DNA of 32,000 bases, taken from Vibrio alginolyticus NBRC 15630 = ATCC 17749 (GTDB lineage Bacteria; Pseudomonadota; Gammaproteobacteria; Enterobacterales; Vibrionaceae). Shown in pieces: positions 22,037 through 30,344 of this stretch (within the stretch, counting starts at the first letter, position 1; each line of letters begins with the position of its first letter). Position numbers and translations under genes: made by a program. The stretch is taken from the NCBI RefSeq assembly GCF_000354175.2, contig NC_022349.1:960001-992000 (forward strand), written 5' to 3'. The notes under the pieces were generated by a model. That model ran no database searches. It was not told where the DNA came from and saw nothing but the letters and a program-made list of their open reading frames with translations.

Positions 22037-23134
22037 CTACACCATAGTGATAAGACGCAACTTCTTGCTATCGGGCTGATATTCAAGCGATACCATTAGT
22101 CGTATTACTTCACCAAATGAGTTGGATTTCTCAACAAGAATATTAAATTTAGATACATTGTGCTCCTTCAGATAAGCCAGATTATAAAAATAGTTATAAA
22201 CTAGTCGTTGTTTAATTAGAATTTCTAACTCACGCCTATCAAAGTGGAAGAGCTCCGACTTCTTCATCCGACCTTTCTTATGCTCTTTTAGATAACCAAG
22301 CTTGCTATCTTCGATTTCAATTTCAAGTTCATCAATTGGTAGTAAAGTGGTTGAGATAGCATTTATCGAAAAATCGGTGTCTCGAGCAAAAACACCTTGA
22401 ACGGGACGTTCTATCTTATATGTAAGAAACACTCCATCTAGGTCTTCGTTAATGCTAACTACAGTATACCCATGTTCTTCAAAGGAGTAACCGAGTGTAT
22501 TTATGTTTTCAGCATCGTCTTCATCTGCTGCATGGGATAATATAATTTTTTTCTTATGTTTGATAAATGACTTAGCTAAAGTAAAAGAAGCGTATGTTTT
22601 CATAAATGACGCATAAGTGACATCAATATAGCCAGTATAAGGCTTATATGTACTTAACCCTTCATCTAGTATTTTACGCATAGAGGGTGACAGATTATTT
22701 ATATAAACGAAAAAGTATTGATTACCGTATTGGTAAGTAGAGTCATTTCTTTTTTTTATACTTGCCCAGAGTTCATGACACAACTTCGATTGACTAATCT
22801 GACCACCATGATCTAAATAGTCGCCGACTAAAACACTATGGCTACTTCTGGAATCAAAAAACGGTAAAACCTTATCGATCACATCATAACCATACCAATA
22901 GCTATCAATTTGCTCACTATCAAATACCAGTATAATTTCTTCTTTGTCCGTTGAAGGCGTTAAACAATTTCTCAGGTCTTTATAGTTAACGTTTTTAGAC
23001 TTCAATATTTCAACAGTTTTACCCAACAGCCTGTTAATTTCACTATTTATAACCTTTGTATCTAGGTTAAAGGTTCTTTTCATGACTTCGAGCAGAACAT
23101 GCTCTCTGGCATTTAATGTATGTATTGATTCCAC
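22037..23134 (-). CDS. hypothetical protein (365 aa), orphan
   Basis: ORF track gives 22037..23182, and its first codons translate attC_29. I trimmed the start to GTG 23132-23134, which has GGGAGG 4 nt upstream. The cassette is AT-rich. No motif recognised. Confidence 0.6.
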   Translation of the reverse strand: MESIHTLNAREHVLLEVMKRTFNLDTKVINSEINRLLGKTVEILKSKNVNYKDLRNCLTPSTDKEEIILVFDSEQIDSYWYGYDVIDKVLPFFDSRSSHSVLVGDYLDHGGQISQSKLCHELWASIKKRNDSTYQYGNQYFFVYINNLSPSMRKILDEGLSTYKPYTGYIDVTYASFMKTYASFTLAKSFIKHKKKIILSHAADEDDAENINTLGYSFEEHGYTVVSINEDLDGVFLTYKIERPVQGVFARDTDFSINAISTTLLPIDELEIEIEDSKLGYLKEHKKGRMKKSELFHFDRRELEILIKQRLVYNYFYNLAYLKEHNVSKFNILVEKSNSFGEVIRLMVSLEYQPDSKKLRLITMV

Positions 23135-23149
23135 TAAACCTCCCGTGAG

Positions 23150-23275
23150 ATATAACGCCCTGTTAAGGGGTGAGCAACGCAATACCGAAGCTGCCGCATA
23201 CCACCTTAACCACTATAACTAACGCATAGTAAAAATGCCTCACGTTGCGAATCCCTCTTGAACAGTTTGTTATGT
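23150..23275 (-). repeat. attC_29 (VCR-like, 126 bp)
   Basis: atataac...gttatgt. Carries the variant gcctcacgttgcg. Confidence 0.9.
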
Positions 23276-23656
23276 ACGTACTTTACTCAGTATCAGATAC
23301 TTCTCGGCACATTCAGAAAACAAAGTATATGGATTCATACTATTCCCATAGTTTTGAAACAATAGATCCCCACTTTCTATCCGAGCACTTACCTCTCGCT
23401 TTGTAAGTCCACTCGCTTCAGACGCAGTTAACCCCTCAAAAATCACGTATTGCTCATCTAGTATATATTCTCCACTTAATAGACGTTTTTCGATCTTGAC
23501 CTCAAAGTAGTTTCTACCCTGTTTTTCAAACAGCTTAACTTCTAAGTTACAAGATAACTTGTCGCTATTCAGATAAGTTCCAATAAGTCCGTCGTTAGGT
23601 TCAGCAAGTACAGATGTCGATAAAAGCCCCAAGAGAAGATAGCTTACTTTCTTCAC
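23270..23656 (-). CDS. hypothetical secreted protein
   Basis: 128 aa. GTG start with AGGAGG 4 nt upstream. Signal peptide MKKVSYLLLGLLSTSVLA. Confidence 0.6.
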   Translation of the reverse strand: MKKVSYLLLGLLSTSVLAEPNDGLIGTYLNSDKLSCNLEVKLFEKQGRNYFEVKIEKRLLSGEYILDEQYVIFEGLTASEASGLTKREVSARIESGDLLFQNYGNSMNPYTLFSECAEKYLILSKVRT

Positions 23657-23669
23657 ATTACCTCCTAGT

Positions 23670-23795
23670 ACATAACGCCCTGTTAAGGTGTGAGCAACGC
23701 AATACCGAAGCTACCGTATACCATCTTAAACACTAAACGCAACGCATCGTAAAAATGCCAAGCGTTGCGAATCACTCTTAAACAGTTTGTTATGT
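23670..23795 (-). repeat. attC_30 (VCR-like, 126 bp)
   Basis: acataac...gttatgt. Confidence 0.9.
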
Positions 23796-23796
23796 T

Positions 23797-25347
23797 TTAA
23801 TTTTTGCGTGTATGTGATTTAATCGAAACCACCAATTGCCATATCAAAGTTGCATACATGATATAGAATAAAAGACTTATAAACTCAATACCTTTATGAA
23901 GAAATTTCGAGAACGGCATAAAGCTTATCGCGACATTATTAAAAAAACCAACCACGCTCGATATTTGCGAATTAAAGTCAGGGTAAATTTTATATAGGTA
24001 ATTATTTTCATATGAAAATATGACAGCTTGAAATATTAAAGACAAGATAACAATTAAAAATGCAGGTCGAAAGTAACTTCTACCAAATTTGGATATTTTA
24101 TCATTAAGGGAGAATACCAATTTCTCTTGAGACCATGGTTCTTCTTCCATGTCATTTTTATACCTTTCCATTTCTAAAGAAAAGTACTTATTTGCCTCTA
24201 TATGGTTTCCCACTTTATCAAATGAGTGTTTTATTATTCTTAGCGTTTCTCTATTTGTATTATTGGATGAAAGACTTACATTTAAAAAGTTAGGCATTTC
24301 TTTCAAATTTGCGTTTTCTAAATCCAAACCAGAATTAAAAATTGCATTCCTAAAATTAACAAAGGACAAAAATGTAACATACTTGAATGTTGTAGGGTTT
24401 TCACTTTCATAACCTAACTTACAGCATTCAAAACCAGCAAAGTCGCTAAATATACTTTTAAAGAAATTAACTTCCTCTATTTCAGAGCGGTACATATCAA
24501 ATATTTTACTAAAGTTTGAATTTATAACATTCAATTTCTTTATTTTATTTTCTTTGAATTCAAACTTAGAATCAAATTCAACATTTTCAATGGTAACTTC
24601 CTCAACAAAAAGGTTATTAAGTATAAACTTAGATTTTATCGTGCTATCAGCGATAGTTAACTTATTAACCCTCTGTTTAAATAATACCGAATTTTTAAAT
24701 AGAGAGTTATTTACAACAATTCCATTAAGATTTATTTCATTATTAAACTTGCAATCGTGAAAGACAGAGTAGTTAGATTCATCAAATAAATTAAACTGAT
24801 TACTAAAACTAACATCACCCTTAAAACTGCAATTTTGATACAACACTTGGTTTACATTACCCAGTATTTTCAATGGGAACACAGTCCACTCTTTAATAAA
24901 ATCACAGTCTTGAAAGAATGATTCGAAATCCCCCAAATCAAAATAAATATACATAAACTGGCAGTAATTAAAATGTGCACCTTTCAACTTTTTTAACAGT
25001 TTAAAATAGTCAAAGTGGTCACGACTATCTCGCTCTGGAAACTTAATATGGTCAAACACTATGATTTGATCACGAACAAATTTCTCAACGACCTCAGACT
25101 CCAACTCATCTTTCAAAAAATCTCTAAAATCATCTCTCGACACAGCTGGTGCAGTAAATGAAAGATTATATACTTGGTCTAAAATGTAAGTGACAAGCTC
25201 GTCATAAAATCTTGATAATAAGGAATTATTATGGAAATCGGTACTATAACTATTTTTTCCACAATGTAGAGGACAGTCGGATTGTTCTTGCATAACAGAA
25301 TTGTTACATCCATCAACTGCGCATTGATTATCCACAATTTTCTCCAT
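23797..25347 (-). CDS. large divergent pentapeptide-repeat (beta-helix) protein with N-terminal Cys-rich motif and C-terminal TM helices
   Basis: 516 aa. N-terminus CAVDGCNN...CPLHC. The central ~200 aa have period-5 hydrophobic residues (NCSFK GDVSF ... HDCKF NNEIN ... SNFSK IFDMY). C-terminal helices are FRPAFLIVILSLIFQAVIF and FISLLFYIMYATLIWQLVVSI. The cassette is very AT-rich. Confidence 0.7.
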   Translation of the reverse strand: MEKIVDNQCAVDGCNNSVMQEQSDCPLHCGKNSYSTDFHNNSLLSRFYDELVTYILDQVYNLSFTAPAVSRDDFRDFLKDELESEVVEKFVRDQIIVFDHIKFPERDSRDHFDYFKLLKKLKGAHFNYCQFMYIYFDLGDFESFFQDCDFIKEWTVFPLKILGNVNQVLYQNCSFKGDVSFSNQFNLFDESNYSVFHDCKFNNEINLNGIVVNNSLFKNSVLFKQRVNKLTIADSTIKSKFILNNLFVEEVTIENVEFDSKFEFKENKIKKLNVINSNFSKIFDMYRSEIEEVNFFKSIFSDFAGFECCKLGYESENPTTFKYVTFLSFVNFRNAIFNSGLDLENANLKEMPNFLNVSLSSNNTNRETLRIIKHSFDKVGNHIEANKYFSLEMERYKNDMEEEPWSQEKLVFSLNDKISKFGRSYFRPAFLIVILSLIFQAVIFSYENNYLYKIYPDFNSQISSVVGFFNNVAISFMPFSKFLHKGIEFISLLFYIMYATLIWQLVVSIKSHTRKN

Positions 25348-25361
25348 ACATAATTTTTAAA

Positions 25362-25489
25362 ACATAACGCCGCATTAAGTGGTGAGCAACGCAGACCACT
25401 GAGCTTAAAGTATGATGCCGTAAACACAGAAACTAAAGCAAACCAAAAATGCCAAGCGTTGGGAATCCGTCTTAAATGCTTTGTTAGGC
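25362..25489 (-). repeat. attC_31 (VCR-like, 128 bp)
   Basis: acataac...gttaggc. Confidence 0.9.
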
Positions 25490-25785
25490 TTAAGCTTGCT
25501 ACTTGTGTTGAGCTTTAATTAAAACAGGTAATATATGGCCATTTCGGTTGACACTAACCTGTTTGATGTTAAATTGCCGCTGTATTTTAGATTTTAGAGG
25601 AGGGTCTATGTTAACCCAACTTTTGGTCTGCCCTTTGTATTCTGTAATTGGGAATAGGGCCTAGTTTAACTAGTAAACATTGGCCGAGTAACCCTTTAGA
25701 ATACTTACAGCATAAATACTCGGCCAACTTCTAAATCTACCTCGCGTTTCCTACGCTAGCACAATTCAAACAATAACCTTTTTAA
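25490..25785. other. short cassette without an ORF of 60 aa or more (cassette E)
   Basis: 296 bp. Contains a strong SD plus an 18-codon ORF on the + strand, and a 9-bp-stem inverted repeat ggccgagta-N26-tactcggcc (25682-25725). Confidence 0.6.
25608..25664 (+). CDS. candidate 18-aa hydrophobic peptide (speculative)
   Basis: AGAGGAGGG lies 4 nt before the ATG. The peptide is MLTQLLVCPLYSVIGNRA. It is inverted relative to the array, like the TA cassettes. There is no conservation evidence. Confidence 0.2.
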   Translation: MLTQLLVCPLYSVIGNRA

Positions 25786-25911
25786 GCCTAACGCCTTGCT
25801 AAGGTGTGAGTAACGCAATACAAAAGCTACCGCACAGCGCCTTAATCACATAAGCCACCGCAAAGTAAAAATGCCACGCGTTACGAATCACTCTTAAGCA
25901 ATTTGTTAGTA
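25786..25911 (-). repeat. attC_32 (VCR-like, 126 bp)
   Basis: gcctaac...gttagta. Near-identical to attC_41. Confidence 0.9.
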
Positions 25912-26332
25912 CATGCGCTACTTCTATTTATGCGCTCCAAGATATTGAAAACTGAGATGATATGAAAGGCTTTGAACACTGAAGTGAGACGGGCAGCTAC
26001 AAAACTTTACCCCGATTGAAAGACGAAAGTTGGCTAGAAGAAAAACGCACTGAACTGCCCTACTTTCACTTGCTTCAAATTAGAAAAGGATTCTTTCCTC
26101 GTACTTCAACCGCCACAACAAAAGTAATCAAGGTTCTCTCAAAAGCCACCACGAAAATGAAGAAGCACCAAAGAAATAGGCTAAGAGTTAGAAGCCGTAA
26201 ACGATGAAATCAAAGCGAACACTTCGCATATAGTGCCACCGGAAAGAACGTGAAAGGCACTAACTGAAAGGTGTAAATACGAGCGCCAAAACAGATAAAC
26301 ACCAAAACTTATGACCTTTGATGTCAAACCCG
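25912..26332. other. ORF-less integron cassette, family B copy 4 (divergent subfamily)
   Basis: 421 bp. It shares the B blocks and an extended hairpin TAGTGCC-N18-GGCACTA (26231-26262). The 63-aa + ORF (26016..26207) is not conserved in B1-B3. Confidence 0.7.
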
Positions 26333-26460
26333 TACTAACGCCGCATTAAGGTGTGAGCAACGCTACCACGAGACCAAACCATACCACCGTAAACACAAAA
26401 CCCAACGATGGAATGAAAAATGCCACGCGTTGCGAATCACTCTTAAATGCTTTGTTATGC
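26333..26460 (-). repeat. attC_33 (VCR-like, 128 bp)
   Basis: tactaac...gttatgc. Confidence 0.9.
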
Positions 26461-26462
26461 AT

Positions 26463-27419
26463 TTAGTCAAATAGGTCACCGTTGGTTTGTTCGAGCGCTT
26501 CCAAGTGGGACACAATAAGTTTTGGTCGTTTCGCTGCAATTCGACCTTTTTCATCTAAACGGCTAACGGTACCGACTAGCTTACAGCGCAAAAACAGAAG
26601 AGGTTTATATTTAACGACACTACCCACATCAGGATAAGCAGTAAGAATGTGCCCTAAATATTTAAAGCCTAAGGAGTTGGATGTTTTATTTTCCCTCGTA
26701 ACTTCACCTTCAATCACAACCGTTGCACCGTGCACTAGCTCAGGTAAAACTAAAACTTCATCGTCATCTTCACTGTCATCCTTACAGAAGATTGCTTTGT
26801 CTTGTTTACCAATAGTAACTTCGTCCTTAATCCCATCGCTGTATGTCCCAATTTTTAACGAGCGTCCTTCAGCTATATTACGAGCTAATTCTTCTAGCAA
26901 TTTTGAGTTGGAATCTAGATAAAGATCTAACGCAGGCTTTGGAACATATATGTACTCCCCTCTATTGTTGGGAATACCGATAAGTTCGTTATTATTTTTA
27001 AACTTAAGGTTGGACAGATCTTTTTTACCCGTTTCTCCTAGATGTTTGCTGATTCGTGCAAACCACTTTAACCCATCTAGTGCTTTCGAGAATATTGAGG
27101 TGAAGCCGAAGTTCTCAAAATCTTTCTCAGCCATTTTTGACGCAGCTTTACTAAAATAAGCGGTCGCAACAACCCCAAGTCCAGCTTGTGCCCACCCAGC
27201 AACTGTTTCTGGAACTAGAGCTTCCCAAGAACCCTTTTGGACCCTCATCGGAATTTCAAAATCAATATGCTTCAAGTCTGGTGCTTGTTTAGAAATAAGC
27301 TCTCTAATTGCTCCATCATATGCGAGTAGAGCTTTAGCTTGTCTTCTAGCATCCATTAACCCATTTTCTACTAACTCACCATCGTACTTTATATAACCTA
27401 AGTACTTTTCTTGTTCCAT
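26463..27419 (-). CDS. hypothetical protein (318 aa), orphan
   Basis: Clean ATG start (MEQEKYLGYIKYDG). An unusually long 174-bp leader separates it from attC_34. No motif recognised. Confidence 0.7.
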   Translation of the reverse strand: MEQEKYLGYIKYDGELVENGLMDARRQAKALLAYDGAIRELISKQAPDLKHIDFEIPMRVQKGSWEALVPETVAGWAQAGLGVVATAYFSKAASKMAEKDFENFGFTSIFSKALDGLKWFARISKHLGETGKKDLSNLKFKNNNELIGIPNNRGEYIYVPKPALDLYLDSNSKLLEELARNIAEGRSLKIGTYSDGIKDEVTIGKQDKAIFCKDDSEDDDEVLVLPELVHGATVVIEGEVTRENKTSNSLGFKYLGHILTAYPDVGSVVKYKPLLFLRCKLVGTVSRLDEKGRIAAKRPKLIVSHLEALEQTNGDLFD

Positions 27420-27515
27420 TGTTAAACCTCAAAGTCATACTGATTTGAGACTGATATAGCAACGAACCAAAGTAGCAGCTATACATCAGAGTCATAGAGC
27501 AAAATCGCCTTTATG

Positions 27516-27544
27516 ATACTACTTTTGTATAAAATTGAGCGCAA
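27516..27544 (-). promoter_or_regulatory. putative cassette-internal sigma70 promoter
   Basis: On the - strand: TTGCGC (-35), a 17-nt spacer, then TAGTAT (-10). It lies about 95 nt upstream of the 26463..27419 start. Confidence 0.35.
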
Positions 27545-27593
27545 TAATAGAAGCGTGATGCGCTCTGCGAATTGTGATGATAGCGCTTAAAAT

Positions 27594-27719
27594 GCATAAC
27601 GCCCTGTTAAGGGGTGAGCAACGCAATACAAAAGCTGCCGCATACCACCTTAATCACTAAATTCAACGCATAGTAAAAATGCCACGCGTTGCGAATCCCT
27701 CTTGAACAGTTTGTTATGT
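27594..27719 (-). repeat. attC_34 (VCR-like, 126 bp)
   Basis: gcataac...gttatgt. Confidence 0.9.
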
Positions 27720-28073
27720 ACGTAGTTTAAAATGAACACCTGAGCTTTCAAATTCTATGCTCCCAAAGCCACCTACCACCTTAAAATATGATTGGTTCTT
27801 TTCAAAGTAGTCGATGTTTCCGTAGTCTTTTGAACCGTCAAGGTCTATGGTCGGCTGCATATCATTTTGATTCAAGAGCCCATTAATACTTAAAACACCC
27901 TCAAAAAGAAGAGACCCCAAGCGATAGCAAGTATGCTCACCTATTTTTGGAGCTTCATAATATTTAGACTCAGGCCAGATGCTAAACTCTAGTTCAATTT
28001 CAAAAGTTTGATCATTGTAGTGCCAACCCAAAACAAATGAATCCTGAAGGTCTACACCTACGAGAAAATCCAT
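27714..28073 (-). CDS. hypothetical protein (119 aa)
   Basis: ORF track gives 27714..28091. I trimmed the start to ATG 28071-28073 (MDFLVGVDLQ) with GGAGAA 4 nt upstream. Confidence 0.6.
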   Translation of the reverse strand: MDFLVGVDLQDSFVLGWHYNDQTFEIELEFSIWPESKYYEAPKIGEHTCYRLGSLLFEGVLSINGLLNQNDMQPTIDLDGSKDYGNIDYFEKNQSYFKVVGGFGSIEFESSGVHFKLRT

Positions 28074-28087
28074 ATTTTTCTCCAAGT

Positions 28088-28213
28088 ACATAACGCCTTG
28101 TTAAGGTGTGAGGCACGCAATACTAATGTTTCCGCATAACACCTTAACCACTAAAGCCCACGCATAATAAAAATGCCACGCGTGCGGAATCACTCTTGAA
28201 CAATTTGTTATGT
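28088..28213 (-). repeat. attC_35 (VCR-like, 126 bp)
   Basis: acataac...gttatgt. Inner stem gcacgc/gcgtgc. Confidence 0.9.
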
Positions 28214-28549
28214 ACGTTGTACCGAGCGCACTCGTACCCAACCAATTTCACCCGTTGACCTCGAGACTCGATACCACTCATTGAGTTCAAACTGCACTGA
28301 TAGCTTTTCACCAATGACTGTATTGAGCTCAACATTGTCATAGTCATAACGCAAAATACCTTCTGAGATTCCTTCAATCTTTTCGATATATTGAACTGGA
28401 GCCCAACCCTGCATACCTTCACTACTGGTTATAAAGATCCAATTGGGAAACTCGTCGTCAATTGCACCGAGAGCTACTTTATCACCTTGTTTCAAATAAA
28501 ACGGATTGGGATATTCTGAGACGTGTTTTTCCGTAGCTACTACTTCCAT
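28208..28549 (-). CDS. hypothetical protein with SH3-like repeats (113 aa)
   Basis: ORF track gives 28208..28567. I trimmed the start to ATG 28547-28549 (MEVVATEK). It has two SH3-like strands ending GWAPVQYIE and GWVRVRSV. Confidence 0.6.
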   Translation of the reverse strand: MEVVATEKHVSEYPNPFYLKQGDKVALGAIDDEFPNWIFITSSEGMQGWAPVQYIEKIEGISEGILRYDYDNVELNTVIGEKLSVQFELNEWYRVSRSTGEIGWVRVRSVQRT

Positions 28550-28563
28550 ATTTTCTCCAAAGT

Positions 28564-28689
28564 ACATAACGCCCTGTTAAGGGGTGAGCAACGCAATACA
28601 AAAGCCGCCGCATACCACCTTAACCACTAAACGCAACGCATATTGAAAATGCCACGCGTTGCGAATCCCTCTTGAACAGTTTGTTATGT
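28564..28689 (-). repeat. attC_36 (VCR-like, 126 bp)
   Basis: acataac...gttatgt. Identical to attC_26. Confidence 0.9.
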
Positions 28690-28697
28690 GCGAACTT

Positions 28698-28970
28698 CTA
28701 GCTTGTAGATGACTGCTCAGCAACACTAACTTTAGGCTCTTTCTCTGGCGTCGACCATTTGATGATTGCTCTAAGGTTCATTGAGAAAAAGATGATATTT
28801 GCAATTATCATTGCCACACTGCCAGTAAGATAACCAACTGCTACCCAACTAGTGTTACCGCACATCATTAAGATGAAACCGATTTTGTTCTTATTTCCAA
28901 TTTGCCAAATTGCAAGAAACGTAAGTACCATTGCAACCCAGTCGATTCCATAGTACTGAAAATATTCCAT
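28698..28970 (-). CDS. small 3-TM membrane protein, copy 2 (identical to 20569..20841)
   Basis: ORF track gives 28698..29012 and runs into attC_37. I trimmed the start to the ATG at 28968-28970. The nucleotide sequence is identical to copy 1. Confidence 0.65.
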   Translation of the reverse strand: MEYFQYYGIDWVAMVLTFLAIWQIGNKNKIGFILMMCGNTSWVAVGYLTGSVAMIIANIIFFSMNLRAIIKWSTPEKEPKVSVAEQSSTS

Positions 28971-28983
28971 TTTTCCTCCAAGC

Positions 28984-29108
28984 ACATAACGCCCAATTAA
29001 GGTGTGAGGCACGCAATACGATGCCCCCGCATACCACCTTATTCACTTAAACCAACGCATAGTAAAAATGCCACGCGTGCCGAATCACTCTTAAATTGTT
29101 TGTTAGTT
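28984..29108 (-). repeat. attC_37 (VCR-like, 125 bp)
   Basis: acataac...gttagtt. Inner stem ggcacgc/gcgtgcc (compensatory). Confidence 0.9.
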
Positions 29109-29135
29109 GCCCATCTCAAAGCCTAGTGCTAACAT
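29107..29135 (+). promoter_or_regulatory. putative TA promoter
   Basis: TTGCCC (29107-29112), a 17-nt spacer, then TAACAT (29130-29135). It lies 30 nt upstream of the antitoxin ATG. RBS is AAGGA. Confidence 0.35.
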
Positions 29136-29164
29136 TTGTACACACACCAACAAAGGAATAAATC

Positions 29165-29449
29165 ATGGACACTAGAATTCAATTTCGTGTTGATGAAGAA
29201 ACAAAACGCCTAGCTCAACAAATGGCTGAGAGCCAAGGTCGCACTCTGAGTGACGCATGCCGTGAACTTACTGAGCAACTTGCTGAACAACAAAGAAAAA
29301 CATTGTCTCACGATGCATGGCTAACTGAACAAGTAAATCTAGCATTTGAGAAGTTTGACTCAGGAAAGTCCGTTTTCGTTGAGCACCAAAATGCTAAATC
29401 TCGAATGGAAGAGCGCAAAGCCAGAATCCGTAATCGAGGTAAGCAATGA
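29165..29449 (+). CDS. type II antitoxin, RelB/DinJ family
   Basis: 94 aa. MDTRIQFRVDEETKRLAQQMAESQGRTLSDACRE is the DinJ/RelB ribbon-helix-helix pattern. ATGA overlap with the toxin. Confidence 0.85.
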   Translation: MDTRIQFRVDEETKRLAQQMAESQGRTLSDACRELTEQLAEQQRKTLSHDAWLTEQVNLAFEKFDSGKSVFVEHQNAKSRMEERKARIRNRGKQ

Positions 29450-29724
29450 TTTTATGGGAAGAAGAGTCACTTAATGATCGTGAAAAGATCTTCGAGTTTC
29501 TCTATGACTTCAACCCTGATGCGGCAGAAAAAACTGACAACCTCATTGAAGCAAAAGTAGAAAACTTGCTTGAACAACCTTTAATGGGCGTACAACGAGA
29601 TGGTATCCGCGGACGATTACTCATTATTCCTGAGATTTCGATGATTATCTCTTACTGGGTCGAGGGAGATATCATCCGAGTTATGCGTGTACTCCACCAG
29701 AAACAAAAATTCCCTACGGATTGA
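29446..29724 (+). CDS. type II toxin, RelE/ParE superfamily
   Basis: 92 aa. Sequence includes ILWEEESLNDREKIFEFL...RLLIIPEISMIISYWVEGDIIRVMRVLHQKQ. Inverted relative to the array. Confidence 0.85.
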   Translation: MILWEEESLNDREKIFEFLYDFNPDAAEKTDNLIEAKVENLLEQPLMGVQRDGIRGRLLIIPEISMIISYWVEGDIIRVMRVLHQKQKFPTD

Positions 29725-29739
29725 TTGCTTCCTCTGGGG

Positions 29740-29868
29740 AACTAACGCCCAATTAAGGGGTGAGCAACGCTACCACCTAAACCTGAAGCATTGTGCCATA
29801 AACACTATATTTGAAATAGAAGCAAAAATGCCAAGCGTTGGGAATCCCTCTTAAATTGTTTGTTATAA
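29740..29868 (-). repeat. attC_38 (VCR-like, 129 bp)
   Basis: aactaac...gttataa. Confidence 0.9.
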
Positions 29869-29869
29869 C

Positions 29870-30190
29870 TCAGTATTCTGACTGCAATTTCTTATGTAGC
29901 TTCAATATATCCGCCGCAATTTTGCTCGCTGTTTTATTTTGGATCTTAGTCATTGTATGAGCGACAGCACCTTCAACCATTTTGCCTTCAAAGTTAGTTC
30001 TAGGACCACTTTTAGTCATACGTTCTTGTATTGAACGCCAGTCACCAAGCAACTCTTCGGGAAAGTGAATATCTAAAAGACTTGAAGTCGCCTCATTGGC
30101 ACTAAGCAAGCGACTTCTCGCATCTCCAGCTCCAATACACAACTCTTCTACTGCATCATCAATACGACATTTAACATATTGGTATTTCAT
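29870..30190 (-). CDS. hypothetical helical protein (106 aa)
   Basis: ORF track gives 29870..30268 and runs through attC_39. I trimmed the start to ATG 30188-30190 (MKYQYVKC) with GAGGAA 8 nt upstream. Confidence 0.55.
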   Translation of the reverse strand: MKYQYVKCRIDDAVEELCIGAGDARSRLLSANEATSSLLDIHFPEELLGDWRSIQERMTKSGPRTNFEGKMVEGAVAHTMTKIQNKTASKIAADILKLHKKLQSEY

Positions 30191-30218
30191 GTATAAATTT
30201 CCTCGGAACTTGGATGAG

Positions 30219-30344
30219 TTATAACGCCCTGTTAAGGGGTGAGCAACGCAATACCAATGCCGCCGCATACCACCTTAATCACTTAAACCAACGCATAGTG
30301 AAGATGCCACGCGTTGCGAATCCCTCTTGAACAGTTTGTTAACT
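30219..30344 (-). repeat. attC_39 (VCR-like, 126 bp)
   Basis: ttataac...gttaact. Identical to attC_15 except for the first base. Confidence 0.9.

Noticed and set aside
26016-26207. 63-aa Lys/Arg-rich + strand ORF in B4.
   Set aside because: The frame is broken in B1-B3, and the start codon context is altered in B5. It is a likely by-product of the A-rich sequence.
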